DNA of 64,000 bases, taken from positions 138,958-202,957 of the forward strand of contig JBHLKM010000005.1 of assembly GCA_048886685.1 (NCBI GenBank). Reading direction: 5' to 3'. This document shows, in pieces, positions 39,706 to 48,420 of this stretch (positions are counted from its first letter, which is position 1; each line of letters begins with the position of its first letter). The position numbers and the translations under genes are program-made. The stretch comes from Candidatus Hodarchaeota archaeon. GTDB taxonomy: Archaea; Asgardarchaeota; Lokiarchaeia; Sigyniarchaeales; SOKP01. A model generated the notes under the pieces. The model saw nothing but the letters and a program-made list of their open reading frames with translations, made no database searches and was not told the origin of the DNA.

Positions 39706-41175
39706 TTAATCAATTATCCCATTTTCTTTTAATAGTTTTAACATAATTTCTCTAGTTATTCTTGGATCAGCTTGACCTTTAGTTTTCCCCATGATCCTCC
39801 CTATTAACGCTTCAATTGCTTTTGGATTTTTATAACAATCCTCAACAATTTTAGGATTATCTAAAATTACCTCTTTGCAAAGATTTTCAATTGCTTCTTC
39901 ATCAGAAAGCCTTTTTTTGCCCTTCATTTCAATTATTTTAATGACTGATAAACCTTCTAACATCACAGCTATAAACGTTTTTGCAATTTTGGTGGTAATT
40001 TTCCCTTTTTTAATATAATTTATTAAATCAACTACTTGTTGAGGGTGAAGATTTGTTTCTTTAATCGATTTATTTAGATCATTTAAATGTCTGGATATAT
40101 CATTCATCAACCAATTACATATTTGCTTATATTCATTCGGACCAAATGATGGATCAGAATTTACCCCGTCTTCATAAAAATCAGCAATATCTTTATCTAA
40201 AACTAAATTCTCTGAATCAAATTCTGATAAATTATAATCTCTATGAAGTCTTACAGCTCTCTCGCGGGGCATTTCTGGTAATTCGTTTTTAACTTTTTGG
40301 ATGAAATCTTCCTCAATTGCTATCGGAACTAAATCCTGCTCAGGAAAGTAGCGATAATCTTCTTCAAATTCTTTTGTTCTTAGTGAAATAGTAATCCTTC
40401 GTTTATCATCCCAATGTCTCGTTTCCTGGGTTAATACTTTACCTCGTTTCAATAAATTTCTTTGTCGTTGAATTTCCCACTTTAAGGCACGTTCTACCTC
40501 CTTGAAACTACTTATATTTTTTACCTCACTTCGTTCATGGCCTTTAAGTGAGATATTCGCATCTACTCTGGCTGCTCCAGTTAAATCTAAATTCGATATA
40601 CCTGTATATTGAACAATTGATTTTAACTGTTTGAGAAATTCCCTTGCTTCTTCAGGAGAACTAATAACTGGATCGGATACTATTTCAATTAAGCAAACAC
40701 CAGATCGATTATAATCAACTAATGTGTATGGAGATGTAGCAATTGATCCCTTATGTACCAACCTTGCGGGATCCTCCTCCAAATGGATCCTATTAAGAAT
40801 TATATCCTTTTTTTTACCGTTAACTTTTACTGTTATTTTACCGCCATCTGCGAAAGCTTTACCCCCTGCTTTGTTATACTGGCTTATCTGAAAACCTTTT
40901 GGTAAATCTACGTAGAAATAATTTTTTCGAAAGAAAAACATTGAATCATTAATTTTACAATCTAAAGCTAATGCAAGTCTAGTAGCGAATTCTATTGCTT
41001 TTTTGTTTATTACAGGCAAAGATCCTGGTAAACCTAAACAAATAGGACAGTTATGAGTATTTGGTTCAGCTCCTCTATAATCTGCATTACAACTACAAAA
41101 TAATTTGGTTTTCAAATTGGTTACCTGAATATGAACTTCTAATCCGATTATTACATCTTCATAGTTAGAACTCAT
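39706..41175 (-). CDS. gatB: Asp/Glu-tRNA amidotransferase subunit B
   Basis: IGLEVH, RKNYFY, IHLEED, DYNRSG, RVDANIS, QETR, DYRYFPE. Confidence 0.96.
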   Translation of the reverse strand: MSSNYEDVIIGLEVHIQVTNLKTKLFCSCNADYRGAEPNTHNCPICLGLPGSLPVINKKAIEFATRLALALDCKINDSMFFFRKNYFYVDLPKGFQISQYNKAGGKAFADGGKITVKVNGKKKDIILNRIHLEEDPARLVHKGSIATSPYTLVDYNRSGVCLIEIVSDPVISSPEEAREFLKQLKSIVQYTGISNLDLTGAARVDANISLKGHERSEVKNISSFKEVERALKWEIQRQRNLLKRGKVLTQETRHWDDKRRITISLRTKEFEEDYRYFPEQDLVPIAIEEDFIQKVKNELPEMPRERAVRLHRDYNLSEFDSENLVLDKDIADFYEDGVNSDPSFGPNEYKQICNWLMNDISRHLNDLNKSIKETNLHPQQVVDLINYIKKGKITTKIAKTFIAVMLEGLSVIKIIEMKGKKRLSDEEAIENLCKEVILDNPKIVEDCYKNPKAIEALIGRIMGKTKGQADPRITREIMLKLLKENGIID

Positions 41176-42657
41176 CTACTTCCCTCCATCTTTAATAGGT
41201 GCTATTTTCCTAAAAATATTTAATTCCTGTTCCAGTAAATATCCTATATTAAGGATCGTTTTTTCTCCGAAATAATTGCCTATAATTTGAAATCCTATTG
41301 GTAAGCCTTTTTCATCAAAACCACACGGTAGCGAAAGAGCAGGCAACCCCGCAAGATTCACAGGACAAGTTAAAATATCCATAAAATACATCTGTAACGG
41401 ATCATTTACCAATTCTCCAATTTTGAATGCTGTGGTGGGCATCGTTGGGCATACAATAGCATCGCACTGATTCAAAGCATTTTGAAAATCATCCTTTATC
41501 AGAGTCCTAACTTTCAACGCTTTAATATAGAACATATCATAATAACCCGCAGAAAGGGCATAACTTCCTAATATAATCCTTCTCCTTACCTCACTTCCAA
41601 ATTTTTCACTTCTAGTTTTACTAAAAATCTCATATAGATCCCCACTAAAATCTGCACTCATACCTCCATATCTTAATCCATCATATCTAGCTAGGTTTGA
41701 ACTTGCTTCGCTCATTGCTATTAAATAATAGGTAGGAATAACATATTCTAAATGTGGAAAAGAAACTTCAATAATTTCGGCTCCTATGTTATTTAATTTA
41801 TTAATAGCCCTATTCACCTTACTTTTTACTTCGGTCTCCAAGCCTTTACCAAAAAATTCTTTTGGAACCCCAAGTCTCATTTTTGAAATTGGTTTTTGAA
41901 GTTCTTTAGTATATTCATCTACCTTAATATCAACTGTAGTAGAGTCTAAAGGATCATAACCGGCTATGATTTCTAATAGAAGTGCTACATCATATACACA
42001 TCTAGATATAGGGCCTATTTGATCTAATGAATTTGCATATGACACCAATCCATATCTAGATACTCTCCCATATGTTGGTTTTAAGCCAACTACACCACAA
42101 TAAGAAGCGGGGCATCTTATACTCCCCCCTGTATCACTTCCCAAAGAAATTGGTGTTTGACCCGAAGCTACACATGAACCTGAACCTCCACTCGATCCTC
42201 CAGGAACTCTTTCTAGATCCCAAGGGTTATATGTTGGGCCATAACTACTATTTTCAGTAGAGGAACCCATAGCAAACTCATCCATATTTGTACGACCTAC
42301 ACATATTGCATCTTCCTTTTCGATTAGGCGATCAATAACAGTAGCATTATAAGGTGGATAATATCCTTCTAAAATCTTAGAACCACAAGTAGTAGGACTA
42401 TTCTTGATACATATTAAGTCTTTTATTCCTATAGGTACTCCATAAAGTCTCCCTACAGATTTTCCTTTATTTAATTTTTCATCTAATTCTTTTGCTTTGT
42501 TTAGTGCTTTTTCTTTAGATAAGTGAACAAACGAGTGTAGTTTATCTTCAGTGTTTTCTATTCTTTCATAAGTTTGATGAAGTAGTTCTTCAATAGTAAT
42601 CTCATTTGACTTAATTTTCTCAATTAGTTCATATGCCATGTATTCATAGAGTTTCAT
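41176..42657 (-). CDS. gatA: Amidotransferase subunit A
   Basis: NMDEFAMGSS, PGGSSGGS, GSDTGGSIR, SSNLARYDG. Confidence 0.96.
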   Translation of the reverse strand: MKLYEYMAYELIEKIKSNEITIEELLHQTYERIENTEDKLHSFVHLSKEKALNKAKELDEKLNKGKSVGRLYGVPIGIKDLICIKNSPTTCGSKILEGYYPPYNATVIDRLIEKEDAICVGRTNMDEFAMGSSTENSSYGPTYNPWDLERVPGGSSGGSGSCVASGQTPISLGSDTGGSIRCPASYCGVVGLKPTYGRVSRYGLVSYANSLDQIGPISRCVYDVALLLEIIAGYDPLDSTTVDIKVDEYTKELQKPISKMRLGVPKEFFGKGLETEVKSKVNRAINKLNNIGAEIIEVSFPHLEYVIPTYYLIAMSEASSNLARYDGLRYGGMSADFSGDLYEIFSKTRSEKFGSEVRRRIILGSYALSAGYYDMFYIKALKVRTLIKDDFQNALNQCDAIVCPTMPTTAFKIGELVNDPLQMYFMDILTCPVNLAGLPALSLPCGFDEKGLPIGFQIIGNYFGEKTILNIGYLLEQELNIFRKIAPIKDGGK

Positions 42658-42735
42658 TTACCGCAAACCACACTTTTAAATAATGTAGGAAAAGGATCTA
42701 TTTAATATCTCTTATTTACTTACACTATTTTATCT

Positions 42736-44037
42736 TTATGGAAATTTACGTAACATTGTTCTTGGAAAAGGGATTGCATCCTTAATATTGTCTATTCCAC
42801 ATAACCACATAATAACTCTCTCAACACCTACTCCATAACCAGAATGAGGTACACTGCCATAACGTCTCAATTCAAAATACCATTCATAATTATTAGGATC
42901 TTCCCCATCAGCTTCTAACCTTTTTATCATGTCATCAAGTAATAAAGAACGTTCTGAACCCCCGACAATTTCACAATATCCTTCTGGCGCTAACATGTCA
43001 AAACATAATGCTTCTTTAGGATCTTCTTCACTTGGTGGTTTATAGAACCCCATAATTTCTGTGGGATAATGTGTGACAACAACAGGAACCTTAAAATGAT
43101 CTGCAATTTTCGCTTCTTCAATAGTTCTTAAATCCTTACCCCAAGGAATATCCATTTTATATTTTGTATTAAGGATCTTCAGAGCTTCTGAATATTTTAT
43201 AGTTGGATAATCTGCTTCTGCATAATGTTCTAACAACTTAATATCTCTTTCTAGAATTTCTAGCTCTTTTTTATTATGCTTCAATACTTCTTTTACAACG
43301 AACCTGATTTCATCTTTAGCAACTTCTGTTATTTCATCTAGTTGCATCCACGCAGCTTCCATTTCAGCCATCCAGAATTCTGATAAATGTCTTGATGTTT
43401 TTGATTTTTCAGCTCTAAAAGTTGGACCCATATTGTAAATTTTACCTAATGAAAAGATGGCTGCTTCAGCATATAATTGCCATGTTTGACTAAGATATGT
43501 TATGTCGTCAAAATATTTAACCTCAAATAGGGTAGCTCCACCTTCGGATTGACTGGGTTGGAAAATAGGAGCATCAAATTCATAATACCCATGACTTCTA
43601 AAAAATTCATGAATTGCTCCTACGACTGTATGTCGAATTTTTAATATAGCATTTAATCTCCTTGATCTTAACCATAAATGCCTATTATCATATAAAAGCT
43701 CAGGTGATTGGTGTTCCGTGATTGGGAAAGGTTCAGCTATTTGAACGATTTGTAAATCTGAAACAGAAACTTCATAACCTGTTGGAGCTCTTTCGTCCTC
43801 TTTTAGATCCCCTGAAATTTTAACTGAAGATTCAATTGTTAACTTTTCTGCTTTCTCAAATATCTCTGGGTTCTTAGCTTTTGATACAACACATTGTATT
43901 ATGTCCGATTCATCCCTCAATACAATGAATACAAATTTGTTCGATTTTCTTTCTCGATATACCCAACCTCTCAAATTCACATAATGTTCTTCTTGTTTTA
44001 AAGCATCAGAAATGGTTATATAATTTGAATCCTTCAT
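42736..44037 (-). CDS. asnS: Asparaginyl-tRNA synthetase
   Basis: YLSQTWQLY, FRAEKSKTSRHLSEFWMAE, EIVGGSER, WYFELRRYGSVPHSG (AsnRS-type rather than AspRS-type). Confidence 0.88.
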   Translation of the reverse strand: MKDSNYITISDALKQEEHYVNLRGWVYRERKSNKFVFIVLRDESDIIQCVVSKAKNPEIFEKAEKLTIESSVKISGDLKEDERAPTGYEVSVSDLQIVQIAEPFPITEHQSPELLYDNRHLWLRSRRLNAILKIRHTVVGAIHEFFRSHGYYEFDAPIFQPSQSEGGATLFEVKYFDDITYLSQTWQLYAEAAIFSLGKIYNMGPTFRAEKSKTSRHLSEFWMAEMEAAWMQLDEITEVAKDEIRFVVKEVLKHNKKELEILERDIKLLEHYAEADYPTIKYSEALKILNTKYKMDIPWGKDLRTIEEAKIADHFKVPVVVTHYPTEIMGFYKPPSEEDPKEALCFDMLAPEGYCEIVGGSERSLLLDDMIKRLEADGEDPNNYEWYFELRRYGSVPHSGYGVGVERVIMWLCGIDNIKDAIPFPRTMLRKFP

Positions 44038-44166
44038 CTTCGAATTATTTCAACTAGTAATATAACCATATATATTATGGATTTCAAAAAAATCTAACTG
44101 AAATATAAAGTTATATTTTTGTTAAAAAACAATTGCTCAATAAGATTGGAAATACTGAAACTCTCA

Positions 44167-44346
44167 TCAGAAATATCCACTAAAAATATAAATACCTAAC
44201 ACGAGAAGCACACATAAGCATAATAATATTATCACAATAAAAATTTTTTTGCGTTTAATATTAATAATTATCAAAATAATGAGAATTATAAGAACAATAA
44301 GAAAAAAGGTAAATGGCATAAAAGGATTTACAGCCACAAGAAACAT
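44167..44346 (-). CDS. Unannotated 59-aa two-TM membrane protein
   Basis: ATG at 44346 to TGA at 44167: MFLVAVNPFMPFTFFLIVLIILIILIIINIKRKKIFIVIILLCLCVLLVLGIYIFSGYF; lies 21 nt downstream of the cofE-like gene. Confidence 0.6.
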   Translation of the reverse strand: MFLVAVNPFMPFTFFLIVLIILIILIIINIKRKKIFIVIILLCLCVLLVLGIYIFSGYF

Positions 44347-44367
44347 AAAATAATATTACTTTGGAAA

Positions 44368-45153
44368 TTATTTATCGTTTTGCTTTTTCAAAAGATATTT
44401 AGAAAATATATTCATATAAAGACATTCCTCTGGCGCCATTTCAGTAGTTAATTGAGGATTTTTAGTGAACTCAACATTCACGCCCCGTATAATAACCACT
44501 GGGGTTTGTTGATCTGCCTCACTTAGAAGAAATTGAGCTGCACTAGTAAGATCATCTGCTATCGCTCTCATTGTAATTTCCATAGGTCTATTGAAGAGAT
44601 CTGGATGACCACGTAAATCTTCAACGGGTTCAAATCCAGCTGTAGCTATGGCAATTCCAATAGTTCCTTTTCTAAGAGGTTGTACTCTTGAATCTGAGAT
44701 AATTACTCCCAGTTTATTTAATTCAAACTCTATTCTTAATTTTTTCCAGTATTCCCAAACAATTTTTTTAAGATCCTTTGGGAGTAAAACAACTCTATCT
44801 GGACCGGCATTTGATTGATCGATTCCTGCATTAGCAATTAAAAAATCATTTACCTTAGCTAAGATAACATGTGTCATTCCTCCCAAAATCATTGATGCTT
44901 CTTGTATTATCAGTTCAACAAAACGTTCATCCATATCATACTCTTTTGCCATTTTTCTTGCTTTTTCTGAAATATTGGTTACATCAGACAGTTTTACTAT
45001 TCTTCCCTGTGAAGTAGCTATAACTTTTTCAGCAATTACGATAATATCTCCTTCTCTTAAAGACTCCCCTTTATTCTTTATATTTTCAATTATGATACTT
45101 AATAGATTATCATTTTCTTTAATAATGGGAAGTTTAATTGAAAATAGTTCCAT
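44368..45153 (-). CDS. cofE: F420-0:gamma-glutamyl ligase family protein
   Basis: GDIIVIAEKVIA, ANAGIDQSN, ISDS, PLRKG, DLRG, AIADDL, TPVVIIRG. Confidence 0.85.
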   Translation of the reverse strand: MELFSIKLPIIKENDNLLSIIIENIKNKGESLREGDIIVIAEKVIATSQGRIVKLSDVTNISEKARKMAKEYDMDERFVELIIQEASMILGGMTHVILAKVNDFLIANAGIDQSNAGPDRVVLLPKDLKKIVWEYWKKLRIEFELNKLGVIISDSRVQPLRKGTIGIAIATAGFEPVEDLRGHPDLFNRPMEITMRAIADDLTSAAQFLLSEADQQTPVVIIRGVNVEFTKNPQLTTEMAPEECLYMNIFSKYLLKKQNDK

Positions 45154-45210
45154 TGTAGGTTAAAAAAATTAAACTTATTTGATATACTTTGTTCATTTTC
45201 GTGATAATAT

Positions 45211-46074
45211 ATGAAAAAAATATATATGAATTTATATGACACCTTAGAAATCGGAGATGACTTCCCAACTGTTATAATGGGTGTTTTGAATTTAAGTCCT
45301 GAGAGTTTTTACCAAGGATCTGTTTATTCCAATACTGAAGCTTTAGAGAATGCTACAGTGGAAATGATTAATAATGGTGCGAAAGTGCTAGATTTAGGAG
45401 CAAGATCTACCGCCCCTTGGTCTCAAAAAATTACAATTGAAGAAGAAATTGATCGCTTTAGATCAGCCATGAACCTCGTTTGTAAAATAATACCTAAAGA
45501 TATTATTATATCTGTGGATACTCAGTATAGGAGAGTTGCCGAAGTTGCATATAACTTTTCTCTTGAATATAAAAAAAAAATTATTATAAACGATGTTAGT
45601 TGTTTAAAAACAGATCCCACCTTACAAGATTTTATAATTAACCATGAACTTCCTGTTATTTTAATGGCATCTAAAGAAGTTCCAGGTGATTTGTATACAA
45701 TCAGAGAAATTATTCAAGAATTTGAGAAAACCATAAAACAACTCAAATCAAATGGCTATGATGAAAATAATATTATCATAGATCCCGGAATTGGCAAATG
45801 GATTGAAAAGAAAGTATATACTTATGATTTGAAAATAATCAGTAATTTACTAAAACTTAGAAAATTAAATAAACCAATTTTAGTCGCTATTTCAAGAAAA
45901 TCTTTTATCGGTACAACCTTAAACATTCCAAATCCAGAAGATAGATTAAATGGAACTCTCTCTTCTACGGCAATAGCAGTTTATAATGGTGCTCACATTG
46001 TAAGAACTCATGATGTAAATAAACAATTACTTGAAATAGTAAAAATGGCTGAAGAAATCCGTAGAAATCAGTAA
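45211..46074 (+). CDS. folP: Dihydropteroate synthase
   Basis: MGVLNLSPESF, SVDT, INDVS, IDPGIG, SRKSF, IVRTHDV. Confidence 0.92.
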   Translation: MKKIYMNLYDTLEIGDDFPTVIMGVLNLSPESFYQGSVYSNTEALENATVEMINNGAKVLDLGARSTAPWSQKITIEEEIDRFRSAMNLVCKIIPKDIIISVDTQYRRVAEVAYNFSLEYKKKIIINDVSCLKTDPTLQDFIINHELPVILMASKEVPGDLYTIREIIQEFEKTIKQLKSNGYDENNIIIDPGIGKWIEKKVYTYDLKIISNLLKLRKLNKPILVAISRKSFIGTTLNIPNPEDRLNGTLSSTAIAVYNGAHIVRTHDVNKQLLEIVKMAEEIRRNQ

Positions 46075-46357
46075 ATCTCTATTTTTTGATAAAAAATCTA
46101 TTTTGAAAAATTGGGCATGTAGATTTAATGTTAATAAATTAATTTACTGAATTGAATAAATCATATAACTTAATTTTAGATACAGCAATATTGGCAAATA
46201 TTCATAGCTTATTAGTGTTATTGAGCGATGAAAAACTGTGCCTACATTTAAAAGTGATTATTACCATTATTAATATGTAAACCGTTAAATTATCACATAA
46301 GTTCATTTAAGAATGGATAAATTTAACCCTACAAAATATAAATAAGATCGAATTCTT

Positions 46358-48373
46358 ATGCCTAAACAAAAAAATAACTCTTATGACGCTGATGATATTA
46401 CTGTCTTGAGGGGTTTGGATGGCGTCAGGAAGAGACCCGCAATGTATATTGGAGATACGGCTAAAAAGGGTCTTCATCACCTAATCTTTGAAGTTCTTGA
46501 TAACTCTGTTGATGAAGCAATGGGGGATTTTGCTGATGAAATAAAGATAACCCTTTATAAAAATAATTCGGTGCAAGTATCTGATAATGGTCGTGGAATT
46601 CCTATTGATGAACACCCTGAATTTAAAAGACCCGCACTCGAAGTAATTATGGAATATTTACATGCTGGTGGTAAGTTTGATAGTAAAAGTTATAAAATTT
46701 CAGGCGGTTTACATGGCGTAGGACTCTCAGTTGTAAACGCTTTAACTGATTGGATGAATGTTGAAGTGTGTCGAGATGGACTCCTCTATAAACAAAAATT
46801 TTCAAAAGGAAAAAAAGCAACAGAAGCAGAAATTTCACCTGTAAACACTAAGAAATCTTATACAAAAATAACATTTTATCCGGATAATTCTATTTTTGAA
46901 TTTGATCCTAAAGAACCTATATTTAATGCTCATACTATAACAACCAGAATGCGAGAACTTGCATTTCTTACACCTCACACGAGATTTGAGCTTCATGATA
47001 GATTTAAAGATGAAATCGAGGAATTTCATTATGAAGGAGGCATTAAGGAGTTTATTTCATTTTTGAATAAAGATAAACAACCTTTACATAATGATATTAT
47101 ATTTATTAGCGATTCTTTTGAAGAGAGTGATGGTTCAGTAGTACTTTGCGATGTTGCAATGCAATATAATCAAGGATATCAGACAAACATTCTTTCATAC
47201 GCAAATACCATAAATACCATTGAAGGTGGAGTTCATTTAACTGGATTTAAATCAGCCTTAACAAGAGGTTTTAATTCTTATATTGAAAATTTCATGGAAA
47301 AGAAGTACAAGGATCATGTATTAAGCGGGACTGACACAAGAGAAGGATTATCTGCAGTAATTTCAGTTAAACTACCCGAACCTCAATTTGAAAGTCAAAC
47401 AAAAATAAAGTTAGGCAATCCAGAAATTCGTCAGATTGTAAGTCAGATGGTTACTGATAGATTAACTCAGTACTTAGAAGAACATCCAGAAACAGCTAAG
47501 AGAATCATTTTAAAGACAATTAATGCCAAAATAGCTCGTGAAGCAGCTCAAAAAGCAAGAATGTTAATCCGTAGAAAATCCGCATTAGATACTGCAAGAA
47601 TGCCTGGGAAACTTGCTGATTGTTCTTCGAATAATCCCGAAGAATCTGAAATCTTTATCGTTGAGGGTAATTCTGCTGGTGGTTCTGCTAAACAAGGAAG
47701 AGATAGGAACTATCAAGCTATTCTGCCTCTTAGAGGTAAGATTTTAAATGTAGAAAAAGCTCGTTTGGATAAAATATTACAAAATGAACAAATTCAATCT
47801 ATTATCAAGGTCTTAGGCGTAGGATTCCAGGAAGTCAATGAGACGAATGGAACAAATGGGGAAATAGAAGAAGGTGAAGATGTCGAAGAAAGCTTTGATT
47901 TAAGTAAATTAAGATACCACAAGGTTGTTATCATGTGCGACGCAGATGTAGATGGATTTCATATAGAAACTTTATTACTTACTTTCTTTTTTCGATATAT
48001 GCGTCCACTAATAGATGAGGGATATCTATATATTGCATGTCCTCCTCTCTATAAAGTTAGTTATAAGAAAGATCAAAAATATGTTTACACAGATAAAGAA
48101 AAAGATGATTTTATACAAGAGTTAAAAATAAAACATAAACTTAAAGACACAAGTTCAATTCGAACTCAACGTTACAAAGGTCTTGGGGAAATGAATGCAG
48201 AGGAACTTTATGCAACTACAATGAATAGAGACACGAGGAAATTAAAGAAAGTAACTTATGAAGATTATTTAGAAAATGATTTAATGTTTACGAAACTCAT
48301 GGGTAAGGAAGTTAAAGCTCGAAAGAAGTTTATTATTAGTAATTTTGATGAAGTTAATGTGTTAGATATCTAA
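46358..48373 (+). CDS. gyrB: DNA gyrase subunit B
   Basis: VRKRPAMYIG, DNGRGIP, HAGGKF, VEGNSAGG, PLRGKILN, DADVDG, RYKGLGEM. Confidence 0.97.
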   Translation: MPKQKNNSYDADDITVLRGLDGVRKRPAMYIGDTAKKGLHHLIFEVLDNSVDEAMGDFADEIKITLYKNNSVQVSDNGRGIPIDEHPEFKRPALEVIMEYLHAGGKFDSKSYKISGGLHGVGLSVVNALTDWMNVEVCRDGLLYKQKFSKGKKATEAEISPVNTKKSYTKITFYPDNSIFEFDPKEPIFNAHTITTRMRELAFLTPHTRFELHDRFKDEIEEFHYEGGIKEFISFLNKDKQPLHNDIIFISDSFEESDGSVVLCDVAMQYNQGYQTNILSYANTINTIEGGVHLTGFKSALTRGFNSYIENFMEKKYKDHVLSGTDTREGLSAVISVKLPEPQFESQTKIKLGNPEIRQIVSQMVTDRLTQYLEEHPETAKRIILKTINAKIAREAAQKARMLIRRKSALDTARMPGKLADCSSNNPEESEIFIVEGNSAGGSAKQGRDRNYQAILPLRGKILNVEKARLDKILQNEQIQSIIKVLGVGFQEVNETNGTNGEIEEGEDVEESFDLSKLRYHKVVIMCDADVDGFHIETLLLTFFFRYMRPLIDEGYLYIACPPLYKVSYKKDQKYVYTDKEKDDFIQELKIKHKLKDTSSIRTQRYKGLGEMNAEELYATTMNRDTRKLKKVTYEDYLENDLMFTKLMGKEVKARKKFIISNFDEVNVLDI

Positions 48374-48420
48374 ATCACATTATTTTAAAATTATTCACAT
48401 TATAAAATTAGGTCATTATT

